The notes beneath the pieces were generated by a model. The model had not been told where the DNA came from, made no database searches, and saw only the letters and a list, made by a program, of their open reading frames with translations. Both the position numbers and the translations under genes were made by a program. From a phage: a stretch of 51,269 nucleotides of DNA. Positions within the stretch are counted from its first letter, which is position 1; each line of letters opens with the position of its first letter. Where the stretch lies: sequence record PZ445518.1; one strand, 5' to 3'. Positions 9,978 through 20,398 of the stretch are shown here, piece after piece.

Positions 9978-10295
9978 ATGGCAAAGATGAAACTAACGTT
10001 AGGCCCACTGCCTGATTTTAAGCTGCCTGTTTCTTTCGTGCTTCCAAATGGTGATGAGCAAGTTATTATTTTTACCGTGCGCCACAAGAAGGCAAGCGAA
10101 ATTCACGAACGATACACGGCAGAAAAGCCGATGAGCGACGTAGAAATGATCACCTTCCTTGCTTCCGGTTGGGATCTGGAAGATGAATTTAACGAGGAAA
10201 ACGTTGCTAAATTGCTGGATTATTACCCGTCTGCGTCATTATCGCTGACTGGTCATTATATGAAAGCGCTTGCGGGGCAGCGGGTAAAAAACTAA
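9978..10295 (+). CDS. tail assembly chaperone (lambda G-like)
   Basis: 105 aa, acidic; between major tail and tape measure genes; ends at slippery A_AAA_AAC. Confidence 0.65.
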   Translation: MAKMKLTLGPLPDFKLPVSFVLPNGDEQVIIFTVRHKKASEIHERYTAEKPMSDVEMITFLASGWDLEDEFNEENVAKLLDYYPSASLSLTGHYMKALAGQRVKN

Positions 10296-10612
10296 AGCGG
10301 GCGGTTTACCTGTTTTACCTCAAGCCGCCAACTGACGCACAATTAGAGGCCGTCGGCCTATCCCGTTCAGACTACGAAGGGGAGGAGCCGCCGGAGGTAA
10401 TTTTTGATGAATCAATGTTTCAATCTTGGGATCTGTTTTGCGCTATGCAGACGCAATGGAGATCGACTAGCGGCAGTGTGTATGGGTTCGACTATAACGT
10501 TTTGCCTATGCTTTTTGACATTTACAAGATTGAGGATCGGGAGATGGCGCTAAATGATTTGCGCATCATGGAACAAAAGGCGCTAGAAATGATTCATTCA
10601 AACAAAACATAA
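9978..10612 (+). CDS. tail assembly chaperone -1 frameshift fusion product (GT-like)
   Basis: Slippery heptamer A_AAA_AAC at 10286-10292; the -1 frame is open from there to the stop at 10612 and joins ORF 10415..10612. Confidence 0.5.
10286..10292 (+). promoter_or_regulatory. programmed -1 ribosomal frameshift slippery heptamer
   Basis: A_AAA_AAC in zero frame, ending one codon before the chaperone stop; -1 frame open to 10612. Confidence 0.5.
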
Positions 10613-10632
10613 GCGCCGCGAGGCGCTTTTTT
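10611..10632 (+). terminator. rho-independent terminator after chaperone frameshift ORF
   Basis: AGCGCC gcga GGCGCT followed by TTTTTTAA. Confidence 0.6.
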
Positions 10633-10651
10633 AATATCTGGAGGTTTTAAA

Positions 10652-13333
10652 ATGGCTGAAAAATACGCTGGCCTAACGCTAGGCGTTGACGTGTCGCAGG
10701 TCAACAATGCTGTTAAATCATTGCAGCAATTCAAGAAGGCAAACGACGACGCAAAAAAAAGCGTTAATGAATTTGTTGATTCTGAGGTTGTGGCCCGACA
10801 GCAAGCAAAACAGCTTGCCGAAGAACTGGCGCGCCAGAAAGCAGAATTTAAGAAAATCCAGGAGTCAATTGATCCCACTGCATCAAAGATTGATAAGCTG
10901 CGAAAGGCAGCGACACAGCTTGATGCGCTATGGAAAAAGGGCGTTGTTCCTGATCAGACTTTTTTTGAGCTTGGGGCAATTCTTGAGACGCAGCAAAACA
11001 AGCTGATCGCAACCAAAAAAGCGATGACAGAGGAAGGCCGCGCGGCGCTTGAGGAATCAAAGAACAAGGCGCGTGCAGCGGAAGAGGCTAAAAAATTCGT
11101 CCAGGCTTTGCGTGAGCAGGAAGAAGCAGCAGGAAAAAGCAAGTCTGAATTGCTGGAAATGAAAGCGGCACAGCTTGGAGTTAGCCAGGAGGCAGCACCT
11201 TACATCGCAAGGCTGAAAGAGCAGGAAAAGCAGATCCAGAAACTTGGGATTTCTACAGGCCAATACAAACAAGCAATGGCGCAATTGCCAATGCAGATCA
11301 CAGACGTGGTGACTTCACTTGCTTCTGGTATGCCAGTTTGGTTGGTCGCAGTCCAGCAGGGTGGACAGATCAAGGATTCTTTTGGTGGTGCATCCAATGC
11401 TTTAAAAGCGTTGCTATCTTTCCTGAATCCGGTAAACGTGGCGTTTGGCTTGCTTTCCGGCACGCTGGCAATTGCTGCATATAATGCCTACAAAGCACAG
11501 ACAGAGCTTGAGGCAATTAAAAAAACCGTTCAGGAAACAACTGGCTTGAGTGGTGAGTTTGCCGAAAAGATTGCTATAGGAATCAAGGAGCTTTCCGACA
11601 AGACAGGCGAAAGCGCCGAAGATCTGGCAAATGCTTACATCACCACGAAAGACGGCGCGAGCGAGGCGATTAAAAAACTGGTTGACGTTGGCATGACTTA
11701 TGATGACGCAAAAAAGAAAGTCAACGAGTACAAGGGCGCGTCTAGCTTTGTCAGCTTGAATAACGAAATTGCAAACCACAAAAACAAAGTCCTTGAGTTG
11801 GGCGATTCGTGGTATGAGGTTTTGAAAGCGAAGCGTGATTACGCTTCCCCGTCCGGCGGCCTGTTAGGTAAGGAGCTTGGCTATGTTAACCCTATGCTTA
11901 AGTTTGCACTTAACACTTATGAAGACATTGGAAAGGTCGTAAAAGATGCGAATAAGGACATGGCGGAACGAGCGGAGCGAATCGACAAAGAAAACCTGGC
12001 CTTAAACAGAGTGCGCGCAGCACAGGAGGCTTTAAACAAAGCCATTGAGGATCAGAAAAATGTGGCGCGTTCGGCTGATGAAGAACTGAAAAAGCGCGCG
12101 GCTGAAAACGTGGAGTTTAGGCGCAAAGAGCTTGAGGAAATCAAGAAGCAGGAGCAGAAAAAGAAAGAGGCTAAAGGGGGAATAGTTCGCGGCCCTACTG
12201 AGCAGCTTGATAAAGAGTTGTACGTTTTAAAGGCGCAACTGGAAACTCTTAAAGAGCATCGCACTGTTAACGATGTTATTTCTCGCCAGCGTAAATCTTT
12301 ATGGAGCATCGAAAAGCAGATCGAGATCCTGGAGAATGCGCAGAGCAAGCGTAAATTGACCGGAGCGGAACAGGCGCTACTAAACGAGCAAAAGGCCGTT
12401 CTTGAAATGGCAAGACAAAAAGCTGAGCTAGGGGATCAGATTGTTTTGCAGGAGCGCAAAAACAAGCTGGAGCAAGATAGTCTTAAGTTTATCCGTGAAA
12501 CTGAGGCTGCTATTGATGCGATTGGCCTTAAGCAACTTGGCTACACTGAAAAGCAGATCGAGCGTGAGCTAGAGTTACGCAAGCTGCGCACCGACTACGA
12601 GGCGCAAGGCGGAAGCGTTAGCGACGAAGTTTTTCAGCAAATGGAGACGAAACTTAAGCTGTATTACCAGGCACAAGACGAGGCGCAAGGCAACTGGTTA
12701 GCCGGAGCAAAGAACGCATGGGAGCTATTCGCGGAAGATGCAAACAATGCCTATGGCAATGTTCAGCAGATCGCAAGCGAGGCGTTAAACGGCCTTACAA
12801 ACCAATTAGCGAATTTTATCGCTACTGGCAAGGCAAACTTTAAAGACTTCTCGACGGCTATCATCAAAATGATTATTCAGATGATCACGAAAATGGTCGT
12901 CTTTAATGCGTTATCTGGCCTGATGGGTGGTCAAACCTGGACGATGGGGAGCTTGCTTAAGAATATTGGCGGATTTGCTGGCGGTGGATACACTGGCGAC
13001 GGCGGGAAGTATGAGCCAGCCGGAATTGTCCATAAAGGTGAATTTGTCATGACGAAGGAGGCGACGCAGCGTATTGGGGTAGGAAACTTGTACCGCATGA
13101 TGCGAGGCTATGCTAACGGCGGCGTTGTTGGTAGTTCCGGCTATACTGGCGGTGGCGCTGTAACTGGTGGAGCACCTCAATTTAACATCGGCGGGATTGA
13201 TGTTAGCATCACTAACGGAAACGATCCGAAGGGCATCGAAACTGGTGTTAAGATGATCTTTACTGATATGATTAAACGTTCCTGTATGCAGGGCGGCGAG
13301 GTTTACGAATTTGTTATGAGCAAGCGAGGTTGA
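10652..13333 (+). CDS. tail tape measure protein
   Basis: 893 aa, long coiled-coil-type Ala/Lys/Glu/Gln-rich stretches, Gly-rich C-terminal part; canonical position. Confidence 0.85.
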   Translation: MAEKYAGLTLGVDVSQVNNAVKSLQQFKKANDDAKKSVNEFVDSEVVARQQAKQLAEELARQKAEFKKIQESIDPTASKIDKLRKAATQLDALWKKGVVPDQTFFELGAILETQQNKLIATKKAMTEEGRAALEESKNKARAAEEAKKFVQALREQEEAAGKSKSELLEMKAAQLGVSQEAAPYIARLKEQEKQIQKLGISTGQYKQAMAQLPMQITDVVTSLASGMPVWLVAVQQGGQIKDSFGGASNALKALLSFLNPVNVAFGLLSGTLAIAAYNAYKAQTELEAIKKTVQETTGLSGEFAEKIAIGIKELSDKTGESAEDLANAYITTKDGASEAIKKLVDVGMTYDDAKKKVNEYKGASSFVSLNNEIANHKNKVLELGDSWYEVLKAKRDYASPSGGLLGKELGYVNPMLKFALNTYEDIGKVVKDANKDMAERAERIDKENLALNRVRAAQEALNKAIEDQKNVARSADEELKKRAAENVEFRRKELEEIKKQEQKKKEAKGGIVRGPTEQLDKELYVLKAQLETLKEHRTVNDVISRQRKSLWSIEKQIEILENAQSKRKLTGAEQALLNEQKAVLEMARQKAELGDQIVLQERKNKLEQDSLKFIRETEAAIDAIGLKQLGYTEKQIERELELRKLRTDYEAQGGSVSDEVFQQMETKLKLYYQAQDEAQGNWLAGAKNAWELFAEDANNAYGNVQQIASEALNGLTNQLANFIATGKANFKDFSTAIIKMIIQMITKMVVFNALSGLMGGQTWTMGSLLKNIGGFAGGGYTGDGGKYEPAGIVHKGEFVMTKEATQRIGVGNLYRMMRGYANGGVVGSSGYTGGGAVTGGAPQFNIGGIDVSITNGNDPKGIETGVKMIFTDMIKRSCMQGGEVYEFVMSKRG

Positions 13334-13335
13334 TA

Positions 13336-13686
13336 ATGAAGTTGGATCAGTTTAAGTGGTGTACGCAGGTTCAGAACGGCGGCGGGTCCATGACGTCATC
13401 AAATAACGATCGAGAGATTGCATTCGGTAACGGATACACTCAGGTAGCATCTGGAGGTTTTAACACAATCCGGCGAGAGTTTAGCATTGTTTACGCTGGG
13501 CTTGATTACAGAGATGTTGTCAAGTTCCTGAATGAGCACAGGCTAAAACCTTTCTTGTGGATCATGCCAGATGGAAGCCCTGGATTGTTTAGGGTTAAAA
13601 GCGGTAGCGTCGGGCTTACCCCATTGTCGCCAACCGTTCAGGAAGTAAAAGCCACTTTTACGGAACAATTTACATCAATGCAGTAA
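13336..13686 (+). CDS. minor tail protein (lambda M-like)
   Basis: Small ORF immediately after tape measure; synteny with lambda-type tail tip module. Confidence 0.55.
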   Translation: MKLDQFKWCTQVQNGGGSMTSSNNDREIAFGNGYTQVASGGFNTIRREFSIVYAGLDYRDVVKFLNEHRLKPFLWIMPDGSPGLFRVKSGSVGLTPLSPTVQEVKATFTEQFTSMQ

Positions 13687-13691
13687 TTTTA

Positions 13692-13717
13692 AAGCCGCCT
13701 TTGTGCGGCTTTTTTCT
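13692..13717 (+). terminator. rho-independent terminator
   Basis: AGCCGC ctttgt GCGGCT followed by TTTTTTC. Confidence 0.6.
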
Positions 13718-13749
13718 TGATGTTACAATGAGCAAAAAGGAGGTAGAAA

Positions 13750-14511
13750 ATGGCTAATAAAGAATCAGGTAGAGTTGAATTTGAGAACTGCCTACAAAGT
13801 TTGTACCCAGGCGAAATTATAACGCTTGTAGAGATTGACGGGACGAAGTTCGGAGCAAATATTTACCGATTTCACAATGAGAACATCTCTTATACTGCCG
13901 AGGAATTAATGCAAGCGCAGCAAACCGGAATCTTGCCGCCGAAAGATATTATTTTTCAGGGTGATGTTTACGGAGCGCGGCCTTTCGGTGTGAGCGGGAT
14001 TAACTTCACAAGTAACGGCAGGGCAGATAAGCCTCAGCTTATAGTGTCAAACCTTGACAGCAGGGTGAGCGCCATGATCAGAAATTACAATGGCATGATG
14101 CAAGCAAAGGTGACTTTCTGGATAACGGCAAAGGAATTTATCGGAGAAGGCGGAGCAATCAAAGATGGCGCTTACAGAAAATTGGTTTATTACATTGAGC
14201 GCCCAAGCCAGTACAATAGAGAGATAGCGAAATTTGATCTAACATCGCCTTACGATATGGATGGATTAATGATCCCGCCGCGCATCACTCAAAGCGTCTG
14301 CTATTGGGCGCAAAGGGGGTGGTACAGGAGCGGAAAGGGTTGCTCTTATAACGGATCGGCAATGTTCGATAAAGACAATAAGCCAGTAACAGATCCATCA
14401 CAAGACTATTGCGCCGGAACTGTAACGGCTTGCAAATTGAGGTTCGGTCAGCAAAACGAGTTGGATTTCGGCGGTTGCGCGGTGGCGTCACTGCTACGGA
14501 GGAATCAATAA
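13750..14511 (+). CDS. minor tail protein (lambda L-like)
   Basis: 253 aa with C-terminal Cys cluster (C..C..C..C) as in L-type tail tip proteins. Confidence 0.65.
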   Translation: MANKESGRVEFENCLQSLYPGEIITLVEIDGTKFGANIYRFHNENISYTAEELMQAQQTGILPPKDIIFQGDVYGARPFGVSGINFTSNGRADKPQLIVSNLDSRVSAMIRNYNGMMQAKVTFWITAKEFIGEGGAIKDGAYRKLVYYIERPSQYNREIAKFDLTSPYDMDGLMIPPRITQSVCYWAQRGWYRSGKGCSYNGSAMFDKDNKPVTDPSQDYCAGTVTACKLRFGQQNELDFGGCAVASLLRRNQ

Positions 14512-15242
14512 TGATTAGTGCAAAAATTAAACTTGAAATAATGCAGCACGTTAAAGAGGAATACCCTAAAGAGGCTTGCGGCGTCATAACTCAAAAGTCA
14601 CGGGTACAGAAATATCACCGCATAACCAACGTGCATGACGATCCAGAAAATCACTTTGAAATGGACGCCGTAGAATACGCTGAATCGCTCGACAAAGGCG
14701 AATTAATCGCGGTGGTGCATTCCCATTGCGGGGATGGTGCTAGCACGATACCGAGCGCGCACGACTCATGTATGTGCGATGAAATGGGTGTATCGTGGAT
14801 TATAGTTTCATGGCCCGAAGGTGATATGAGAATTGTCGAGCCGCAGGAGAGGCCGCTTATCGGTCGCCCGTGGTCGCTGGGGTCGTTCGATTGCTGGGGT
14901 CTTATCATGGCATGGCATAAACAGCACGGAGTAGTATTGAATGACTTCCGAAAGCCTTACGAGTGGTGGAAGTCAGAATATGGTGAAAATCTTTACCAGG
15001 ATAATTATTTGAAAGAGGGATTTGTTGAAACTAACGAGCCTCCAAAACCTGGTGATATGGTGATTATGCAACTATCATCACCAGTCTGGAATCATGCGGG
15101 AATTTATTTGGGTAACAACCAGCTATTACATCATGCGTTTGGAAAGCTATCTCGCATCGACTTGTATTCTGGATGGTATCAGGAGCACACTGTAAAAATT
15201 TGCCGACATAAGGATCTGAAATATGACATTGAAAGTAATTAA
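14511..15242 (+). CDS. tail assembly protein (lambda K-like, JAB/MPN + NlpC/P60)
   Basis: ATG at 14511 after GGAGG; HSHCGDGAS...SAHD JAMM-like motif followed by Cys/His hydrolase region. Confidence 0.7.
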   Translation: MISAKIKLEIMQHVKEEYPKEACGVITQKSRVQKYHRITNVHDDPENHFEMDAVEYAESLDKGELIAVVHSHCGDGASTIPSAHDSCMCDEMGVSWIIVSWPEGDMRIVEPQERPLIGRPWSLGSFDCWGLIMAWHKQHGVVLNDFRKPYEWWKSEYGENLYQDNYLKEGFVETNEPPKPGDMVIMQLSSPVWNHAGIYLGNNQLLHHAFGKLSRIDLYSGWYQEHTVKICRHKDLKYDIESN

Positions 15243-15819
15243 ACTATCCGGTTCCCTGGGGCGTAGATTTGGCGTCTTTCACAAAATGGCGGTTGACTCA
15301 TACCCCGAAGCAATACGCGCGTTATCTTCCCAGGTTGAAGGGTTCAAGGACTACATGCAAAGCGAAGTAGGATCGCGAATGAAGTATGCTGTATTCGTTG
15401 ATGGAAAAAACGTTGGTCAGCATGATGAAAAATCATGGAAGTGCGCGCGAGAGGTTCGAATAGTTCCTGTTCCAACTGGTTCTAAGTCCGGCGGCCTGTT
15501 CAATGTTGTTTTTGGTGCTGTAATTATGGCTACTGCGTTCATTACTGGCGGTGCAAGCCTGGCGGCTATGGGCGCTTTTGCATCTTCCGCATTTATGATG
15601 GGTGGGGCTATCGCGTTGGGCGGTGTAATGCAAATGATCTCACCGCAGCAGGGAGGAATGAAACTGCAAAGCCAATCATCGGAAAACAAGCCTTCTTACG
15701 CTTTCGGCGGTGCTGTAAATACCACGGCGGCAGGTTATCCGGTTCCTTTGCCATATGGATATAGGACAGTAGGCGGCGCAATCTGGTCGGCTGGCAGCTA
15801 CGCAGAAGATAAAGCATAA
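15223..15819 (+). CDS. tail assembly protein (lambda I-like)
   Basis: 198 aa with Gly/Ala-rich hydrophobic C-terminal half; between K-like and J-like genes. Confidence 0.55.
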   Translation: MTLKVIKLSGSLGRRFGVFHKMAVDSYPEAIRALSSQVEGFKDYMQSEVGSRMKYAVFVDGKNVGQHDEKSWKCAREVRIVPVPTGSKSGGLFNVVFGAVIMATAFITGGASLAAMGAFASSAFMMGGAIALGGVMQMISPQQGGMKLQSQSSENKPSYAFGGAVNTTAAGYPVPLPYGYRTVGGAIWSAGSYAEDKA

Positions 15820-15825
15820 AAAAAT

Positions 15826-15848
15826 ACCCGCCTTGCGCGGGTTTTTTT
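15826..15848 (+). terminator. rho-independent terminator
   Basis: ACCCGC cttg CGCGGGT followed by TTTTTTTG. Confidence 0.65.
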
Positions 15849-15897
15849 GTGCATTTATAATGTGCAAACCAAGAAACAGCACAAAAGGTTAAAAGTC

Positions 15898-18800
15898 ATG
15901 GCTAAATATATGATAAGCGGCAGTAAGGGCGGAAGCAAAAAGCCATACGTGCCAAAAGAGATGGAAGATAACCTGATCTCGATAAACAAGATTAAAGTTT
16001 TGCTGGCTGTATCTGATGGCGAGTGCGATCCAGATTTCACGTTGCGCGATCTTTATCTTGATGATGTTCCGGTTATTGCCAGCGATGGCACTGTTAACTA
16101 CGAGGGAGTTACGGCTGAATATCGACCAGGTACGCAGACGCAAGATTACATCCAGGGTTTTACTGACACATCAAGTGAGGTGACAGTTGCAAGAGATATT
16201 ACCGGAGACAATCCTTATGTTATTTCTGTTACAAATAAAAATCTATCTGCGGTAAGAATAAAGATCCTGATGCCAGTAGGCATTAAAACAGAGGATAACG
16301 GCGATCTTGTTGGCGTAAGGGTTGAGTATGCCGTAGATATGGCTGTTGATGGCGGTTCTTATAGCGAGGTTATGAGAGATGTAATTGACGGCAAGACAAG
16401 ATCAGGATACGACCGCAGCAGAAGGATTGATCTTCCTAAGTTTGATGAGCGCGTTTTAATCCGAGTAAAGCGACTGACTCCAGACAGCACATCTTCAAAG
16501 GTGACTGATAAAATCAAGCTGCAAAGTTACGCTGAGGTTGTTGATGCAAAATTCCGCTATCCTCTGACTGGACTTGTATTCGTAGAATTTGACAGCGAAT
16601 TGTTTCCTACGCAAATCCCTAACATTTCTATAAAAAAGAAATGGAAGATTATTAATGTGCCAAGCAACTATGATCCAATATCAAGAGAATATCACGGGTC
16701 ATGGGATGGGACTTTTAAAAAAGCGTGGTCAAATAATCCTGCTTGGGTTCTTTATGATCTGGTGACAAATCAGCGTTATGGACTTGATCAGCGAGAGTTA
16801 GGAATACAGATCGACAAGTGGAGCTTATACGAAGCGGGCGTTTACTGCGATCAGAAAGTTCCAGACGGTAAAGGCGGCACTGAGCCTCGCTACCTATGCG
16901 ATGTGGTGATTCAGAATCAAGTTGAGGCTTATCAGCTAATCCGTGACATTTGCTCAATCTTTCGCGGAATGAGTTTTTGGAATGGTGAGAGCTTATCAAT
17001 CGTGATTGATAAGCCGCGCGATCCATCATACGTGTTTACTAATGAAAACGTCATCAACGGTGATTTTCAGTACACAAACGCAAGCGAAAAAAGCATGTAC
17101 ACGCAGTGTAACGTGACGTTTGACGACGAACAAAACATGTATCAGCAGGACGTAGAGGGGGTTTTTGATACTGAGGCTGCATTACGATTTGGATACAATC
17201 CAACAAGCATTACAGCGATCGGTTGTACACGCAGGAGCGAAGCGAATCGTCGCGGTCGGTGGGTTTTGAAAACAAACCTTAGAAGCACTACTGTAAACTT
17301 TGCTACCGGACTAGAGGGGATGATTCCATCAATAGGTGATGTGATTGCTATCGCTGATAATTTTCAGAGCAGCAACCTAACGTTAAACCTATCGGGCCGA
17401 GTGATGGAAGTTTCAGGATTGCAGGTTTTCGTTCCGTTTAAGGTTGATGCTCGTCCTGGTGATTTTATTATCATCAACAAGCCGGACGGAAAGCCAGTTA
17501 AGCGCACGATCTCAAAGGTTAGCGCAGACGGAAAAACCATTGAGTTAAATATTGGATTTGGTTTTGATGTTAAGCCTGATACTGTTTTTGCGATTGACCG
17601 TACTGACCTTGCGTTGCAGCAATACGTTGTGACAACTATCAGCAAGGGTGATGACGAAAACGAGTTTACCTATTCAATCACTGCTGTAGAGTACGATCCG
17701 AACAAATACGACGAGATTGATTATGGAGTAAACATTGATGACAGACCGACTTCAATTGTTCAGCCTGACGTGATGGCAGCGCCTGAGAACGTTAAGATCT
17801 CATCTTATTCTCGCGTCGTGCAGGGTGTTAGCGTTGAGACTATGGTTGTTTCATGGGATAAGGTTCCTTACGCATCGCTTTATGAAATGCAGTGGCGAAA
17901 AGGTGATGGTAACTGGCTGAATACGCCGCAGACCGCTAACAAAGAGATAGAGGTAGAAGGGATTTACTCTGGCAACTACCAAGTAAGGGTGAGATCCGTT
18001 TCTGCAAGCGGTAACGCTTCCCCGTGGTCAAAGATTGCAACCGCCACTCTGACAGGTAAAGTTGGAGAGCCAGGAGCGCCGATTAATCTTACGGCTTCTG
18101 ATAATGAAGTTTTTGGCATTCGTGTCAAATGGGGTATGCCGGAAGGATCAGGCGATACGGCTTACATTGAGCTTCACCAATCGCCAGACGGAACGGTTGA
18201 AAACTCAAGTCTGCTTACGCTGATTCCATATCCTCAATATGAGTATTGGCATAGCACGTTACCAGCGGGGCAAGTTGTATGGTATAGAATCCGCAGCGTT
18301 GACAGAATAGGCAACGTTTCAAGCTGGACTGACTTTGTTCGCGGCATGGCGTCAGATGACGTTGAATCTGTTTTGGGCGACATTCTGGACAAGATTTTTG
18401 ATACAGAAGCTGGTCAAGAAATCAAAGAGAACGCCATAGACAGTGCCAATAAAATCAAAGACCAGGCGCAATCAATCATACAGAACGCGTTGGCAAATGA
18501 TGCAGATGTGAAGTGGACGCGAGTGCAAAACGGAAAGCGCAAGGCTGAATATGGTCATGCTCTTGAGCTTATCGCCAATGAAACAGAAGCGCGCGTAACT
18601 CAAATCGAAGAATTAAGGGCATCAATTGATGGCGAGATAACATCAAGCATCAAGACAGTGCAGGAGGCAATTGCCACTGAATCAGAGACGCGAGCGACTC
18701 AAATTCAGCAGCTTGATTCTAAATTCACAAAAGAAATCGACGGCGTGCGCAAGGATACTTCTGCAAGCATTAGCGATGTAAGGCAGACAATCACTAACGA

Positions 18801-19476
18801 GTCAGAAGCGCGCGCTCAGGCCGTTCAGCAGCTTGACGCTAAGTTCACGAAAGAGATAAACGACCTTGACGGAGTTATCAAAACAGAAGTCGAGGCTAAC
18901 ATCTCAGAAGTGAAACAGGCGATCGCCAATGAGACAGAGGCAAGGGTTCAGGCTGACCAGGCATTAACAGCACGATTTGGCGACGTTGAATCTGCATTGG
19001 TTGAAAAGTTGGATTCTTGGGCGAGCGTTGATTCAGTTGGGGCTAAATACGCTATGAAACTTGGCCTTACTTACAAAGGCCAGCAATACAGCGCAGGAAT
19101 GGTGATGCAGCTTTCGCAGGGTTCATCCGGCCTTATCTCGCAAATTTTGTTTGATGCTAACAGGTTCGCCATTATGACTAGCTCTACTGGAGGGACTTTT
19201 ACTTTGCCTTTCGTGGTTGAGAATAATCAGGTTTTCATTAATAGTCTTTTGGTGAAGAACGGTTCAATCACTAATGCGATGATTGGTAATGTGATTCAGT
19301 CAAACAACTTTGTTCAAAACCAGCAAGGATGGAGGCTTGATAAAAACGGAATCTTTGAGAATTACGGATCAACGCCAGGAGAAGGAGCTACTAAATTCAC
19401 CAATGAGGGATTGAAGGTAAAAGATGCAAACGGAGTATTGAGGGTTGAAGTCGGAAGGATTACCGGAAGCTGGTAA
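15898..19476 (+). CDS. central tail fiber / host specificity protein (lambda J-like)
   Basis: About 1190 aa from ATG 15898; internal ETEAR...QL.AKF repeats near C-terminus; last gene of tail module before bidirectional terminator. Confidence 0.85.
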   Translation: MAKYMISGSKGGSKKPYVPKEMEDNLISINKIKVLLAVSDGECDPDFTLRDLYLDDVPVIASDGTVNYEGVTAEYRPGTQTQDYIQGFTDTSSEVTVARDITGDNPYVISVTNKNLSAVRIKILMPVGIKTEDNGDLVGVRVEYAVDMAVDGGSYSEVMRDVIDGKTRSGYDRSRRIDLPKFDERVLIRVKRLTPDSTSSKVTDKIKLQSYAEVVDAKFRYPLTGLVFVEFDSELFPTQIPNISIKKKWKIINVPSNYDPISREYHGSWDGTFKKAWSNNPAWVLYDLVTNQRYGLDQRELGIQIDKWSLYEAGVYCDQKVPDGKGGTEPRYLCDVVIQNQVEAYQLIRDICSIFRGMSFWNGESLSIVIDKPRDPSYVFTNENVINGDFQYTNASEKSMYTQCNVTFDDEQNMYQQDVEGVFDTEAALRFGYNPTSITAIGCTRRSEANRRGRWVLKTNLRSTTVNFATGLEGMIPSIGDVIAIADNFQSSNLTLNLSGRVMEVSGLQVFVPFKVDARPGDFIIINKPDGKPVKRTISKVSADGKTIELNIGFGFDVKPDTVFAIDRTDLALQQYVVTTISKGDDENEFTYSITAVEYDPNKYDEIDYGVNIDDRPTSIVQPDVMAAPENVKISSYSRVVQGVSVETMVVSWDKVPYASLYEMQWRKGDGNWLNTPQTANKEIEVEGIYSGNYQVRVRSVSASGNASPWSKIATATLTGKVGEPGAPINLTASDNEVFGIRVKWGMPEGSGDTAYIELHQSPDGTVENSSLLTLIPYPQYEYWHSTLPAGQVVWYRIRSVDRIGNVSSWTDFVRGMASDDVESVLGDILDKIFDTEAGQEIKENAIDSANKIKDQAQSIIQNALANDADVKWTRVQNGKRKAEYGHALELIANETEARVTQIEELRASIDGEITSSIKTVQEAIATESETRATQIQQLDSKFTKEIDGVRKDTSASISDVRQTITNESEARAQAVQQLDAKFTKEINDLDGVIKTEVEANISEVKQAIANETEARVQADQALTARFGDVESALVEKLDSWASVDSVGAKYAMKLGLTYKGQQYSAGMVMQLSQGSSGLISQILFDANRFAIMTSSTGGTFTLPFVVENNQVFINSLLVKNGSITNAMIGNVIQSNNFVQNQQGWRLDKNGIFENYGSTPGEGATKFTNEGLKVKDANGVLRVEVGRITGSW

Positions 19477-19504
19477 AAAAGGGGGCATAGCCCCCTTTAA
19501 TTTT
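19475..19504. terminator. bidirectional terminator between convergent J-like gene and Cor-like cassette
   Basis: A-tract, GGGGGC ata GCCCCC, T-tract. Confidence 0.7.
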
Positions 19505-20117
19505 AATCATAGTGTGATGCATTTATAACCAAAACAGATGAAGCGGTGTAAATACCAACAGGTCCAGGAGTTTGTGCAACCTGCCTAGAAAAAGAGTAGA
19601 TCCCGTTACCATACGCGGCAGCTTGAGACTCAAAAATCATGAATCCACCTAAAGCCGGATTAGGAACAGAGTTTAATGCTGTCAGTGATGGCATTATGGC
19701 GCAAGGATAGCCCATGTTAACATCAAATGCGATCCCGCTTACGCCTACTTGCTTTGCATCTAGCGGCCTCATTTTTCCATGATAAACCATTTCACCATGA
19801 GCATTATAAAACGCTATGCCGTGACTACCTGGGGGAGTCACCATATTACTAAAAGCATAAACAATAACCTCACCCTGATTATCAGATCTATCAAGTCTTA
19901 TTGCGTGCCTTCCACCATTGTTAAATTGCGTGAATGATATGTATGATTTAGCGGTCAATCTAACAAAGAAAAAACATACCCTATCAACAGGAATTGACGA
20001 AGTAAAAACGGTTCCGGTATTAGCAGATATTACGGCCCGATCAATTAGATTAACTGGAGTGAAATCTGGACTTAACCATAACGATCCGTCTGATTTTTTT
20101 ATACTCATCCCGTACAT
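19503..20117 (-). CDS. hypothetical protein (third gene of Cor-like cassette)
   Basis: ATG 2 nt after upstream stop; ends at bidirectional terminator. Confidence 0.45.
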   Translation of the reverse strand: MYGMSIKKSDGSLWLSPDFTPVNLIDRAVISANTGTVFTSSIPVDRVCFFFVRLTAKSYISFTQFNNGGRHAIRLDRSDNQGEVIVYAFSNMVTPPGSHGIAFYNAHGEMVYHGKMRPLDAKQVGVSGIAFDVNMGYPCAIMPSLTALNSVPNPALGGFMIFESQAAAYGNGIYSFSRQVAQTPGPVGIYTASSVLVINASHYD

Positions 20118-20119
20118 TA

Positions 20120-20398
20120 TCACCCCCAAAAAGTATATATATATCTTGAATCAGATCCAGAAAGCCCACTCCATGTAACGGTGTCGCCACTTACCCCTAA
20201 GTTTGGTGCGCCAGGGTCGCCACCACGCCAGGAATTCATGCCAACATATATTGCTTTCAATGATTTACCTGGCGGCCTGTTTTGGTAAGTCTTGCTACCT
20301 GATGGCTGAGTGAATTTATCAAGGAAGAAAACAGGCGTTAAAAGACCTGTAACTTCCCTTCCTCGATCGTCATATATTGCATAACCATATTGCGCCAT
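20120..20398 (-). CDS. hypothetical protein
   Basis: 92-aa ORF translationally coupled to the lipoprotein gene. Confidence 0.45.
   Translation of the reverse strand: MAQYGYAIYDDRGREVTGLLTPVFFLDKFTQPSGSKTYQNRPPGKSLKAIYVGMNSWRGGDPGAPNLGVSGDTVTWSGLSGSDSRYIYTFWG

Noticed and set aside
489-13180. Many antisense ORFs inside structural genes (e.g. 489..728, 1171..1401, 6646..7134, 11414..11779, 12911..13180)
   Set aside because: All lie opposite to long, well-supported + strand genes in a tightly packed late operon with no promoters or RBSs; treated as chance ORFs.
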